Source: an uncultured Acidobacteriota bacterium (GTDB taxonomy: Bacteria > Acidobacteriota > Vicinamibacteria > Fen-336). From it: DNA of 64,000 nucleotides. The notes beneath the pieces were generated by a model. It had not been told where the DNA came from and ran no database searches. It saw nothing but the letters and a program-made list of their open reading frames with translations. This document shows positions 1 to 7,811 of this stretch, piece by piece. Numbering within the stretch: the stretch's first letter is position 1; each line of letters begins with the position of its first letter. Made by a program: the position numbers and the translations under genes. The stretch is from positions 3,648,001 through 3,712,000 of the forward strand of contig OY970399.1 in the NCBI GenBank assembly GCA_963720545.1. The letters are read 5' to 3'.

Positions 1-124
1 CCCGCGGACCGCCGCCCGTCCATGATGGCCCTATCCGCCTGACACCGCCGTTTTCCCGAAGCGAGTTCATCGCTTGCGCTGTTCGAAAGGGATCTCATAA
101 CTGGCATCCCTCGTCCACGCGTGA

Positions 125-523
125 TCATTCGTCGATGCGAACGATGACCGCGGTCCACGGACAAAAGCGGCCCGCTCCGAACCCGAACCCTTCACGCTCC
201 ACGTCGGATGGCCGCCCGTCGCAGACCTCGATCGTCGCCTCGGCGAAGGTGAGGTCCTCGAGATGCCAGTTCCAGCCCGTGTTGGCCTGTGTGCCCGCGA
301 CGATGCGGCCGGTCGGGATCCGTGCAGGGCCGCCCCCCTGGGCGGCGCGCGCAGCGGCCAGTTGGTCTGCGCTCGTGAGCGATACGCGGAACGTCTCATC
401 CTGAACTGCGAACGTGACTATTGCCTTCGATGACGGAGCAGCCGGTGAATCGGTTCCGCACGCGCCGACGACCAGAGCACCGGCCACTGTGCCCGCCACG
501 GCAAAAGTCCTGACTACGCTCAT
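125..523 (-). CDS. Small lipoprotein, BP74-related-like domain
   Basis: Signal peptide with lipobox (LVVGAC). C-terminal motifs W-W-H, IEVCDG and FCPW recall the BP74-related family. Confidence 0.65.
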   Translation of the reverse strand: MSVVRTFAVAGTVAGALVVGACGTDSPAAPSSKAIVTFAVQDETFRVSLTSADQLAAARAAQGGGPARIPTGRIVAGTQANTGWNWHLEDLTFAEATIEVCDGRPSDVEREGFGFGAGRFCPWTAVIVRIDE

Positions 524-607
524 CGAGACACCTTGTCCTCATCATATCCAGCGGGAAGAGGCGGCATCAAAGAGGACGGGTTAGGGACGTTTCGGTGCGG
601 TGAAGGG

Positions 608-958
608 TTCGGCAACAGCACCGACGATTACATGAAGGTGCATAGCCAGGGCGCCAAAGAGGCCGACGTCACGGAGGGTTCGAACGGCATCTGGGAACGC
701 TTGCGCTACAACTGGTCCAATCCCAACCGTGTCGTCATGACCACCACCGATTCCAACCTGTGGGGCGGCGCGTCCGGGCACACCTACACCTTCACGCCGC
801 GGCCCGACGGCAAGACCGACCTCGACGCGGTGGTCATTCGAGAGGGCAAGAATTTCAAGGGACGAGCGCTCGGGCTCGTGCTCTCTATCTTCGGCAAGAG
901 CGTCCTGGGATCGGCGTTCGCAAAGACGGTCAAGGCAATCGAGGCCCGGAAGGTTTAA
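608..958 (+). pseudogene. Probable 5'-truncated remnant of a conserved hypothetical (SRPBCC-like) protein
   Basis: From FGNS onward (DVTEGS..WERL.Y.WS..TTTDSN.WGG.SGHTYTF) it reads like a conserved protein. The upstream part of ORF 533-958 has no convincing start/RBS and overlaps the divergent gene's promoter region. Confidence 0.5.
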
Positions 959-1040
959 CAGTCTGTGGGAGGTCATCGTGGAGTCGAACGGTGAACCCCC
1001 AACTCGAACCGCGTGGAAATGACTTGTTTGTTGCCGGAAT

Positions 1041-1086
1041 TGGTGGAGCTGAGGGGGGATCGAACCCCCTGACCTCGTGAATGCCA
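1041..1086 (-). repeat. Duplicated 3' half of tRNA-Ala(GGC), an att-site remnant
   Basis: TGGTGGAGCTGAGGGGGGATCGAACCCCCTGACCTCGTGAATGCCA matches 3934-3977 except one extra G and one extra C in homopolymers. The match ends at the anticodon loop. Confidence 0.92.
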
Positions 1087-1137
1087 GTGCTTTGGCCTCC
1101 GGGCTGCGCTCGCTTGCGTTCCTCGATGGTATGGACG

Positions 1138-1153
1138 TATGATAATCATCATA
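1138..1153. promoter_or_regulatory. Putative TetR operator 1 (TATGAT-N4-ATCATA)
   Basis: Inverted repeat immediately upstream of the tetR start, same motif as 1786-1805. Confidence 0.7.
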
Positions 1154-1154
1154 T

Positions 1155-1748
1155 ATGGTCAGAGCCATGAAACGACCCGTTTCCAGACGCAAGGAAGCCA
1201 CACACGAACGCATCGTCGAGGCCGCCGCGCGCGCCATCCGGCGCAGCGGCTACAGCGGCATAGGCGTCGCCGACATCATGAAGGACGCGGGCTTGACGCA
1301 CGGCGGCTTCTACGCCCACTTTGCGTCGCGCGAGTCGATGCTCGCCGAGGCAGCCGACCGCGCTGGCGCCGAGGGCATGGCGGCCGTGATGCGGATCGCT
1401 GCCGCGGCCCCGCCGCAGCAGGCTCTGCAGGCGATGTTGCGGGGTTACCTCTCGAAAGCGCATGCCGAAGCCGTGGAGACGGGCTGCGGGGTGGCGGCCC
1501 TCTGTTCGGAAACGCCGCGCCAGGCCCCTGAGGTGCGGCGGGCCGTCACGCGTCGCATCAAGGAGATGATCGACCTCGTCGCCCGACAGTCGCCCGACTG
1601 GGGACAGCCGAGCGCGCACGAGCGTGCGCTCGCCATCGTGGCCACGATGGTCGGCGCACTCGTCCTGGCACGCGCCGTGGACGATGCGCCGCTTTCCGAC
1701 GCGCTCCGTGAGGCGGCGCTGAAACACTTCAGCCTCAACGCCAGCTAA
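1155..1748 (+). CDS. TetR/AcrR family transcriptional regulator
   Basis: N-terminal HTH IVEAAARAIRRSGYSGIGVADIMKDAGLTHGGFYAHF. Alternative start at 1167. Confidence 0.95.
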   Translation: MVRAMKRPVSRRKEATHERIVEAAARAIRRSGYSGIGVADIMKDAGLTHGGFYAHFASRESMLAEAADRAGAEGMAAVMRIAAAAPPQQALQAMLRGYLSKAHAEAVETGCGVAALCSETPRQAPEVRRAVTRRIKEMIDLVARQSPDWGQPSAHERALAIVATMVGALVLARAVDDAPLSDALREAALKHFSLNAS

Positions 1749-1785
1749 CCCAAATGGAACCTTGGCGGCACCGATTGCGTCGTGG

Positions 1786-1805
1786 AATATGATTAGCATC
1801 ATATT
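1786..1805. promoter_or_regulatory. Putative TetR operator 2 (AATATGAT-N4-ATCATATT)
   Basis: Perfect 8-bp inverted repeat upstream of the SDR gene. Confidence 0.75.
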
Positions 1806-1877
1806 TGGACCACTCTGCGGATGGCTTGGACGCTCGGGCAACCCGAACGACGATCAGTGCAAGAAGGGAACGAGATC

Positions 1878-2723
1878 ATGACGATAGCGATTGTGACAGG
1901 CGCCTCCTCGGGCATCGGGGAAGCCACGGCGGAACGGCTCGCCAAGGCTGGCTACACGGTCTACGGGACCAGCAGGCGAGGAGCCGCAGTGGGCGCCCGC
2001 TCGTTCCACATGCTGCCCCTCGACGTGACGAGCGATGCATCGGTAGAAGCCGCCGTCAGCGAAGTGACGCGGAGGGAGGGCCGCATCGACCTGCTCGTGA
2101 ACAATGCCGGCTTCGGTGTCGCCCCCGCCGGAGCGGAAGAGAGCTCGATCGCTCAGGCCCAGTCGATCTTCGACACGAACTTTTTCGGGGTCGTTAGGAT
2201 GACACGCGCCGTCGTGCCCCACATGCGGCGCCAAGGGAGTGGGCGCATCATCAACATCGGCTCCGTGCTCGGCTTACTGCCGATGCCGTATGGGGCGCTC
2301 TATGCCGCAACCAAGCACGCGATCGAAGGGTATTCGGAATCGCTCGATCACGAGCTGCGCACTCGGGGGATCCGGGTCTCGGTCATCGAGCCTGCCTACA
2401 CGAAGACTCAGTTCGACGCGAACTTCCTCGAACCCGACGCCAAGCTCGACGAGTATCGCGAGGCCCGCGCGGCCCTGGGCGAGGTGCTGAGGGAGGTGAT
2501 GGCGGGCGCCGACGAGCCGGACGTCGTGGCCGACGTCGTGCTGGAGGCGGCCAGTGCGGCTCGCCCGAGAGTCCGCTACACCGCCGGTGGGCTCGCGAGC
2601 CGCCTGCGATGGCTTCGCCGACTCGCCCCCGCGAGACTCGTGGATGCCGGAATTCGAAAGGACCTGCGGCTCGACACGGCGACCGGTTCGCGCCGCCGAC
2701 CCGCGGTCCTGGCCCAGCGATGA
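1878..2723 (+). CDS. Short-chain dehydrogenase/reductase
   Basis: TGASSGIG, NNAG and YAATK motifs. ATG at 1878 follows a purine-rich RBS. Confidence 0.95.
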   Translation: MTIAIVTGASSGIGEATAERLAKAGYTVYGTSRRGAAVGARSFHMLPLDVTSDASVEAAVSEVTRREGRIDLLVNNAGFGVAPAGAEESSIAQAQSIFDTNFFGVVRMTRAVVPHMRRQGSGRIINIGSVLGLLPMPYGALYAATKHAIEGYSESLDHELRTRGIRVSVIEPAYTKTQFDANFLEPDAKLDEYREARAALGEVLREVMAGADEPDVVADVVLEAASAARPRVRYTAGGLASRLRWLRRLAPARLVDAGIRKDLRLDTATGSRRRPAVLAQR

Positions 2724-3721
2724 AGGCATTCATCATCGATCGTTATGGACGCGGCCAGAGGGTACGCGCTGGCGAAATGCCAGACCCGGAGATGCGTGAG
2801 GATGACGTATTGGTTCAGATCCACGCCGCTGGCGTGAACCTTCTGGATTCCAAAATCAGGTCCGGAGAGTTCAAGCTCCTATTGCCTTATCGCCTGCCCC
2901 TCATCTTGGGGAATGACGTGGCCGGGGTCGTGCTCAGGGTCGGATCTCGTGTGCGACGATTCAAACCCGGTGACGAGGTCTACGCGCGGCCAGATCAGGA
3001 TCGAATCGGTACGTTCGCCGAGCTGATCGCGATCAAAGAAACGTCGGTAGCGAAGAAACCCAAGAACCTCACCATGGAAGAGGCGTCCGCCATCCCTCTG
3101 GTTGGACTGACTGCCTGGCAAGCGCTGATCGAGAAAGCGAGTCTGAGGAAGGGACAGAAGGTCTTCATCCAGGCGGGCTCGGGCGGTGTGGGTACGTTTG
3201 CCATTCAGCTGGCCAAGTACGTCGGTGCGATGGTGGCGACGACAACGAGCACGGACAACGTGGATTTCGTCAGAAGCCTTGGGGCCGACATCGTCATCGA
3301 CTACAAGAATGAGGACTTCGGGAAAGTCCTCAGTGACTATGACGTTGTTTTGAACAGCCTGGACAAGGTGACGCTCGCCCAGTCTCTGCGAGTGCTCAAG
3401 CCTGGCGGACGGCTCATCTCAATTTCAGGCCCGCCGGATCCTGACTTTGCGCGAGATATCGGAGCGTCTTGGAGCCTGAGGCAGATCATGCGCTTCTTGA
3501 GTTACGGGGTTAGAGCAAAAGCAAGGCGCCACCAGATCGACTACTCCTTTCTTTTCATGAGAGCGAACGGCGATCAGTTGACGGAGATCACTTCCCTCAT
3601 CGAGTCCGGAATCGTCCGCCCAGTCGTGGATCGGGTCTTCCCCTTCGAATCGACGAGGGACGCCATGGCCTACGTCGAAGCAGGACGCGCAAGAGGTAAG
3701 GTCGTCGTCAAGGTAAGATGA
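2720..3721 (+). CDS. NADP-dependent oxidoreductase (MDR/quinone-reductase-like)
   Basis: LGNDVAG, AGSGGVG and GKVVV motifs. ATGA overlap with the SDR stop. Confidence 0.95.
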   Translation: MKAFIIDRYGRGQRVRAGEMPDPEMREDDVLVQIHAAGVNLLDSKIRSGEFKLLLPYRLPLILGNDVAGVVLRVGSRVRRFKPGDEVYARPDQDRIGTFAELIAIKETSVAKKPKNLTMEEASAIPLVGLTAWQALIEKASLRKGQKVFIQAGSGGVGTFAIQLAKYVGAMVATTTSTDNVDFVRSLGADIVIDYKNEDFGKVLSDYDVVLNSLDKVTLAQSLRVLKPGGRLISISGPPDPDFARDIGASWSLRQIMRFLSYGVRAKARRHQIDYSFLFMRANGDQLTEITSLIESGIVRPVVDRVFPFESTRDAMAYVEAGRARGKVVVKVR

Positions 3722-3933
3722 CAGTGCAGTTGCAGCACCTCAGCAACGAATCTCGCCAAGCGGCGACCCGGATGCACGCCGGCATGAGGCGGTCGTAGTA
3801 GGCAGGACTTTGGCGCCGCGGGAACCACACGAAGTCGCTATCGGCCCAGTCGCGCGGACGAAGATTCTCCGATTTCGTCAAGACACGAATCGCGCTCGGC
3901 GCCGAGGCCGTCCCGCTAACTTGTTGCTGGAGT

Positions 3934-4009
3934 TGGTGGAGCTGAGGGGGATCGAACCCCTGACCTCGTGAATGCCATTCACGCGCGCTCCCAGCTGCGC
4001 CACAGCCCC
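3934..4009 (-). tRNA. tRNA-Ala (GGC)
   Basis: Reverse complement GGGGCTGTGGCGCAGCTGGGAGCGCGCGTGAATGGCATTCACGAGGTCAGGGGTTCGATCCCCCTCAGCTCCACCA: 76 nt, G3:U70, GGC anticodon, encoded CCA. Confidence 0.98.
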
Positions 4010-4025
4010 AGGGTAGGAACGAAAA

Positions 4026-4280
4026 CTACGCGGAAATGCTAGCACGGATCTCCGCCAGTTCCTGCGCTGTGGGCAAGGTCGGGCGGTACTTGCGATCGAT
4101 CCTGGCGTACCAGTAGCGGGCGTTCGCTTCGTCCCCTTCCATGCGGTGGGCGACGGCGTGGATCCAGTTGGCCACGGGTTCGTCTTCGTGCTCCTGGACG
4201 ATGACGTGGGCCTTTTCCCAATCGCCTTTTTCGGCGTGGGCGATCGCTTCCAGGAGCAGGGCGCGCAGCGGTTCTTTCAT
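4026..4280 (-). CDS. Small conserved hypothetical helical protein
   Basis: Motif AH..VQ..E...A.WIHA..HR.EGD..NA.YWY. RBS GAGG before ATG 4280. Confidence 0.8.
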   Translation of the reverse strand: MKEPLRALLLEAIAHAEKGDWEKAHVIVQEHEDEPVANWIHAVAHRMEGDEANARYWYARIDRKYRPTLPTAQELAEIRASISA

Positions 4281-4337
4281 TCGCCTCTTCGGAGTATATT
4301 GGTTCCAGTAGCTCCCGGATCCCTCCGTGGAGTTTGC

Positions 4338-5006
4338 ATGAGAACCCTGCGAGTGTTCTCGACCTTTGCCGCGGGCGGGCTCGGTTTCCTCACGCTCCTG
4401 GCGTTCGAGCCCGCCATGGCGCCACAGAATTACGGTGTGGCGCCGCCGCTCGCGCGCTATGCCGGTGTTTACAACGCGGGCTTTCTCGACGTCACCATTG
4501 TGCTGCGGGCCGATGGGGTGCTGACCTCTTCTGCTCGCGGGTTTCCCGGGAACGTGCTGGTGGCTGCGGGGCTCGACCAGTTCACGCTGCAACACGTTCC
4601 TGGCTACCGGCTCGAGTTTCTTCGTGATGAGCACCGCGCCATGGTGGGGCTGATCCTGCACAAGCCGAGCGGCAGCTATGCGGCGGTGCGCAAGGCCGAC
4701 CACACCTCTGTCGCTACTCGCTCCTTGTCCTCTTTGTCCGGCACTTATACGTCCGGAACGTTCGATGCCGTGATTGCGCTGCGCCCTGACGGGGTGCTGA
4801 CGGCGTCGGTTCCCGGCCGCGCTCCTTCGGAGCTCCTGCCGGACGGCGAGCTGGCGTTCACGCTGCGGGACATGCCGGGCTATCGGCTGGAGTTCAGGCT
4901 TGGCGAACGCAACCAGGTGCTGGGCGTCATCTCCAGCCAGCCCAATGGCTCGTTTGCGGCGGTGCGCAAGGTGGTGGCGAAGCCGCTGGCACGGAGCGCC
5001 GGCTAG
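4338..5006 (+). CDS. Secreted protein with two tandem DUF3471-like beta domains
   Basis: Signal-like N-terminus. Two ~80-aa internal repeats (G.Y..G....LR.DGVLT..PGYRLEF..P.GS.AAVRK). Confidence 0.7.
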   Translation: MRTLRVFSTFAAGGLGFLTLLAFEPAMAPQNYGVAPPLARYAGVYNAGFLDVTIVLRADGVLTSSARGFPGNVLVAAGLDQFTLQHVPGYRLEFLRDEHRAMVGLILHKPSGSYAAVRKADHTSVATRSLSSLSGTYTSGTFDAVIALRPDGVLTASVPGRAPSELLPDGELAFTLRDMPGYRLEFRLGERNQVLGVISSQPNGSFAAVRKVVAKPLARSAG

Positions 5007-5737
5007 CGGCTGGCGTATGCGGTCGCGCGGAGGATGGCGCCTTCGAACGCCTGCACCGTTTCCTCGTCGCTGCCGACAACACCGATGACGGTCGGTCCCA
5101 CGCGCACCATGCCGACAACGGTCCCCAGGACGCGCGCGCGGTAGTGCGGCGAGAACCGCACGTCGTGGTTCATCACGAAGATCGACACCTGCTTGCCGGT
5201 CTCGTCATCCTCATAATAAAGATGCGGGGTGAGCGACAAGTCGGCGAGCGGGCAGAAGCGGCCGCCGAGAAGCGCGAGGTCGCCGTTCCTCTCGGGCAGG
5301 TAGGGAAGCGGCGTGCCCTGGCGGTAGAACCAGCGCGCCACCAGGTTCATGTCCTCGCTCCACACCTTCGCGGGGATGTTCTTGCGGTTGAAGCATTTCT
5401 TGTGGTCGGCCACGAGCTCGCGCGCCACGAACCACGGCTCGCCGCGGCCGATGAGCACGCCAAAGAGGAGCACGGCCCCGAATGGCACCAGCACCTGCAG
5501 CCAGCTCAGGCGGCGCGGCTGCAGCGCCTCCTGGAGACGCCGTTCCAGGCCGCGCGGCAGGTCCTCGCTTTCGGCGCGGCGCAGCAGCTGGCGCACGTGC
5601 TGTTCGCCCGCGAGCTGCACCCGGCACGGGGCGCACTCGCCCAGGTGCGCCTCCACACCGTGACGGTCGGGGAGGTCGAGGGCATCGTCGAGATAACCGG
5701 TGACGAGCTCGGAGCGGCAGTTGAGCGTCATGGTCAT
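5003..5737 (-). CDS. Zinc-finger (ZAS) anti-sigma factor
   Basis: HLGECAPC (HxxxCxxC) motif, one TM segment, C-terminal GGRFC. ATGA-coupled to the sigma gene. Confidence 0.9.
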   Translation of the reverse strand: MTMTLNCRSELVTGYLDDALDLPDRHGVEAHLGECAPCRVQLAGEQHVRQLLRRAESEDLPRGLERRLQEALQPRRLSWLQVLVPFGAVLLFGVLIGRGEPWFVARELVADHKKCFNRKNIPAKVWSEDMNLVARWFYRQGTPLPYLPERNGDLALLGGRFCPLADLSLTPHLYYEDDETGKQVSIFVMNHDVRFSPHYRARVLGTVVGMVRVGPTVIGVVGSDEETVQAFEGAILRATAYASR

Positions 5738-6228
5738 GGCCGCACGTCTTCCAGCAGGCGGCGCAGCACCGAGCGGCCGCGATGGATCCGCGACATCACG
5801 GTAGCTTCCGGCACCAGGGTGACGGCGGCGATCTCGGCGTACGAAAAGTCCTGCACGTCGCGCAGCACCACGGCTGTGCGATACGGCTCCGGCACCTGCG
5901 CCACCGCGCGCCAGGTTGCCTCGTCGTCCTGCTCGAGCGCCGCCTGCGGCATCGGTGTGGTCGACTCGAACACCACCGGTCCTTCGATGAGCGCCGCACG
6001 CGCCTCGCGCCGGAACATGTCGGCGCGCACCTGGTGCAGCACCTTGTAGAGCCACAGCCGGATGCCGGTGCCCGGCTCGTAGCCGGCGAACTGCTTGTAC
6101 GCACGCACGAACGTGTCGTGCACGAGGTTCTCCGCCTTGTCGCCAGGGCCGACGAGGCGGCACGCCGTGCCGAACAGCTCGCGGCGGTGGGGCAGTGCTT
6201 CGGCCTGGAATCGGGCTCGGTCGCTCAA
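5734..6228 (-). CDS. ECF RNA polymerase sigma factor
   Basis: Region 2 (AENLVHDTFVRAY..WLYKV) and region 4 (FSYAEIA..TVMSRIHRGR). Start uncertain; TTG at 6228 follows GGAG. Confidence 0.92.
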   Translation of the reverse strand: MSDRARFQAEALPHRRELFGTACRLVGPGDKAENLVHDTFVRAYKQFAGYEPGTGIRLWLYKVLHQVRADMFRREARAALIEGPVVFESTTPMPQAALEQDDEATWRAVAQVPEPYRTAVVLRDVQDFSYAEIAAVTLVPEATVMSRIHRGRSVLRRLLEDVRP

Positions 6229-6313
6229 GCGGCTCCATGGTATGTCGCGGTACCACAGAAGCAAACGGCCTGCGTCACGCGCCTTTGCGGGCCGACTAGA
6301 ATGGCGGCGCCAC

Positions 6314-6673
6314 ATGAGATACATGACGACGGCCGAGGTCGCTCGCGAGCTGGCCGTCAGCAAGCAGACGCTTCTCAACTGGCTCTACCAGGGCAAGGTC
6401 CCCGAGCCGCCGCGCGATTCGCGCCGCTATCGGCTGTGGAGCGCGTCGCGGGTGAAGCTGGTGCGCGAGCTGATCGCCGACGGCCGGCTGCGCAATCGCA
6501 CGGTCATCCACCGCTCGCCGTCGAAGGCGGCCGAAGTGGTGACCGCGTTCGCCCGCGAGGTGAACCAGTTCGTGCGCGACGCCGAGATCGACCCGCGCTC
6601 ACTGGTGCGCGAAGCCAAGCGCCTCAACCCGCGCCTCTGGTCGAAGACGGAGAAGAAGGCCCGCCGCCGCTAA
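6314..6673 (+). CDS. MerR/excisionase-type HTH DNA-binding protein
   Basis: MTTAEVARELAVSKQTLLNW..GKVPEP.RD..YRLW. TAGAAT at 6297-6302. Confidence 0.8.
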   Translation: MRYMTTAEVARELAVSKQTLLNWLYQGKVPEPPRDSRRYRLWSASRVKLVRELIADGRLRNRTVIHRSPSKAAEVVTAFAREVNQFVRDAEIDPRSLVREAKRLNPRLWSKTEKKARRR

Positions 6674-6681
6674 GGCGAGCG

Positions 6682-7695
6682 TCAGGCCACGAGCTCGAAC
6701 GCGACGACGGTGCTGTCGTCGTGCCAGCCGCTTACGCCCACGGGGCCTGGCCCCGCGGCAGCGGCCTCGATCAGCAGGTCGCAGGCGCTTGCCGGCGTCA
6801 GCATCGAGCCGCCGCCTCCGTCCAGCACGCCGGTCACGGTGTCGCTCGAGCCCTCGAGCGCATCGGTGACCCCGTCAGTGACGACGACGCCCACGTCGCC
6901 CGGTTCGAGGTCGATCTCGCTCGGCGCGAAGGCGGTCCCGGGCAGGAGGCCGAGCGGCGGCGAGGTGGAACCGAGCGCGCGGCCGCGGCCGCCGCGCAAC
7001 AGCACCGCCGCCGGATGGCCGGCGTTCACGTACGTGAGCCGCGGCGGCTCGGCATCCAGCCGGCCGATGAACGCGGTGGCGTACGGCACGCCGGCGTTGT
7101 CCGCGTAGAGCGCTTCGGAGAGTCGCGCCGCGATTGCCGCGGGGTCGCTCGAGCCGCGCGCGGCGCTGCGGAACATCGCTCTGAGCGACGCGTGCAGCAG
7201 AGCTGCCGGCACGCCCTTGCCGGAGATGTCGCCGACGATCAGCATCGACGCTCCGTCCGGGCGTGCGACGAGGTCGTAGAAGTCGCCGCCCACCGCCCAG
7301 GTGGGGAGCAGCCGCGCCGCCCAGCGGTAGTTGCCGGTGCGTTCGGGCAGCTCCGGCAGCAGGTTGCGCTGGATCTCGGCGGCGAGCCGCATCTGCGTAT
7401 CCATGCCGATGCGTGCTCGTTCCAGGTCGCTGAGCCGCCGCTCGGTCGCGCGCAGGTGCAGCCAGAGATACGAAACCGCGGTCAGCCCGAGCGTGAGGAT
7501 GACGTCGCTGATCCAGCCCAGGTCGGTGGGATCGGCGTGCACCGCGGCGACCACCGCCCTTTCGATGACGGCGCCGAGCACGAAGGTGATGGCGCCGGCG
7601 GCGAGGGAGAGGATTGCCGGCCGAAACCGCGGGTCGCGGGCAATGGTCACTACTGATCTGACTCGGGTGTGCCGGACGAGGTTGCTTCCTTTCAC
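6682..7695 (-). CDS. Membrane PP2C/SpoIIE-family phosphatase
   Basis: Two TM segments; VGGDFYD, GDISGKG, NAGH, TDGV and DDST motifs. Start uncertain. Confidence 0.92.
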   Translation of the reverse strand: MKGSNLVRHTRVRSVVTIARDPRFRPAILSLAAGAITFVLGAVIERAVVAAVHADPTDLGWISDVILTLGLTAVSYLWLHLRATERRLSDLERARIGMDTQMRLAAEIQRNLLPELPERTGNYRWAARLLPTWAVGGDFYDLVARPDGASMLIVGDISGKGVPAALLHASLRAMFRSAARGSSDPAAIAARLSEALYADNAGVPYATAFIGRLDAEPPRLTYVNAGHPAAVLLRGGRGRALGSTSPPLGLLPGTAFAPSEIDLEPGDVGVVVTDGVTDALEGSSDTVTGVLDGGGGSMLTPASACDLLIEAAAAGPGPVGVSGWHDDSTVVAFELVA

Positions 7696-7811
7696 GCTTG
7701 TAATGCGCCGGAAAGCCGCCCGCCACCTGCTGCTGCGTCTATATAGGTGTCACGACCCCCGGGGCGGCCGTGGCGGCGTTTGCAAACTGGCCCCTCTCGA
7801 GGTCCATCGAT

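Larger units (their letters stand above)
1087..3933. mobile_element. tRNA-Ala-targeted genomic islet, integrase absent
   Basis: Bounded by the intact tRNA and its direct-repeat 3' fragment. Cargo codons look more A/T-rich than host genes. Confidence 0.75.

Noticed and set aside
1041..1086. A second tRNA-Ala gene
   Set aside because: Only the 3' half is present; the D-arm and 5' acceptor strand are missing.
3722..3933. Integrase remnant at the islet end
   Set aside because: No recognisable tyrosine or serine recombinase motif by eye; BLASTX would be needed to exclude a decayed fragment.
4026..4703. 225-aa extended version of the small hypothetical gene
   Set aside because: The N-terminal extension overlaps the opposite-strand gene; the likely start is ATG 4280.
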